Shown piece after piece: positions 63,728-64,000 of a DNA stretch of 64,000 nt. The DNA is from Somniosus microcephalus (taxonomy: Eukaryota). The stretch spans positions 28,458,001 through 28,522,000 of the forward strand of contig CM126224.1 in NCBI GenBank assembly GCA_052327205.1, given 5' to 3'. Under the pieces are notes generated by a model. It was not told the origin of the DNA. It searched no databases and was given only the letters and a program-made list of their open reading frames with translations. Numbering within the stretch: the first letter of the stretch is position 1; every line of letters starts with the position of its first letter. The translations under genes were made by a program, and so were the position numbers.

Positions 63728-63902
63728 TGTAGTGTATGTGCCTTTAAGAGCCCCAGGTGTGCTGTAATGCCGGTAATGGCCACTCGGGCTATATAAGCCT
63801 GTATATTGTGTATATCCGTTAGAACCCCCCCAGACTTTACTTAGTAAACACCTATGAATCAACTCCTGTCTTCAGTGTCTTTATCAACACACGGACACTA
63901 CA
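63728..63902 (+). repeat. 3' LTR (175 bp)
   Basis: Follows the PPT and ends ACACTACA before the TSD. Confidence 0.95.
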
Positions 63903-64000
63903 ATAACATCAAGGCATTGTGGGCAGCTGAAGACTGTAAAGCTCCAAGGCAGTTACTGTAATGAAGAGCTTTTTATGCTATTGATTCATTTCGAGACCAA

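Larger units (their letters stand above)
59040..63902 (+). mobile_element. Full-length Ty3/Gypsy LTR retrotransposon (Mag-like)
   Basis: LTRs with TGTAGTGT...ACACTACA ends, 5-bp TSD ATAAC (59035-59039 and 63903-63907), PBS TGGCGACGA (59217-59225), PPT aaaaggggaggaa (63714-63726), domain order gag-PR-RT-RH-IN. Confidence 0.97.

Noticed and set aside
18000-64000. Exons of a neighbouring gene such as dennd1a
   Set aside because: No ORF or spliced exon with recognisable similarity; the remaining ORF-track entries are TE-derived or random.

Overview
Vertebrate genomic DNA, most likely a shark or other cartilaginous fish (inferred from its SacSINE/DeuSINE-, HER1/CR1- and Penelope-type repeats). 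The only host gene is the LIM-homeobox gene lhx2 on the minus strand. Coding exons 1-4 lie at 17181-17354, 15370-15572, 12400-12758 and 760-965 with canonical GT-AG junctions; the last exon lies beyond the left edge. The protein is Lhx2 by most diagnostic residues but keeps an Lhx9-type 19-aa N-terminal extension. About 7-36 kb is AT-rich, keeps its CpGs, has few transposons and is rich in homeodomain/PBX motifs, like a developmental regulatory domain. From 36 kb on the window is transposon-dense: CR1 and L2 LINEs, SINEs, PIF/Harbinger-like MITEs plus a transposase fossil, a young fold-back pogo/Tigger-like MITE nested in a CR1, an inverted Penelope element with degenerate hammerhead motifs, and a complete but disabled Gypsy LTR element (59040-63902). 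I found no convincing new protein-coding system. The best leads are the ancestral features of lhx2, the structured non-autonomous elements and candidate enhancers. All family and motif comparisons were made by eye from recalled consensus sequences, not database searches.
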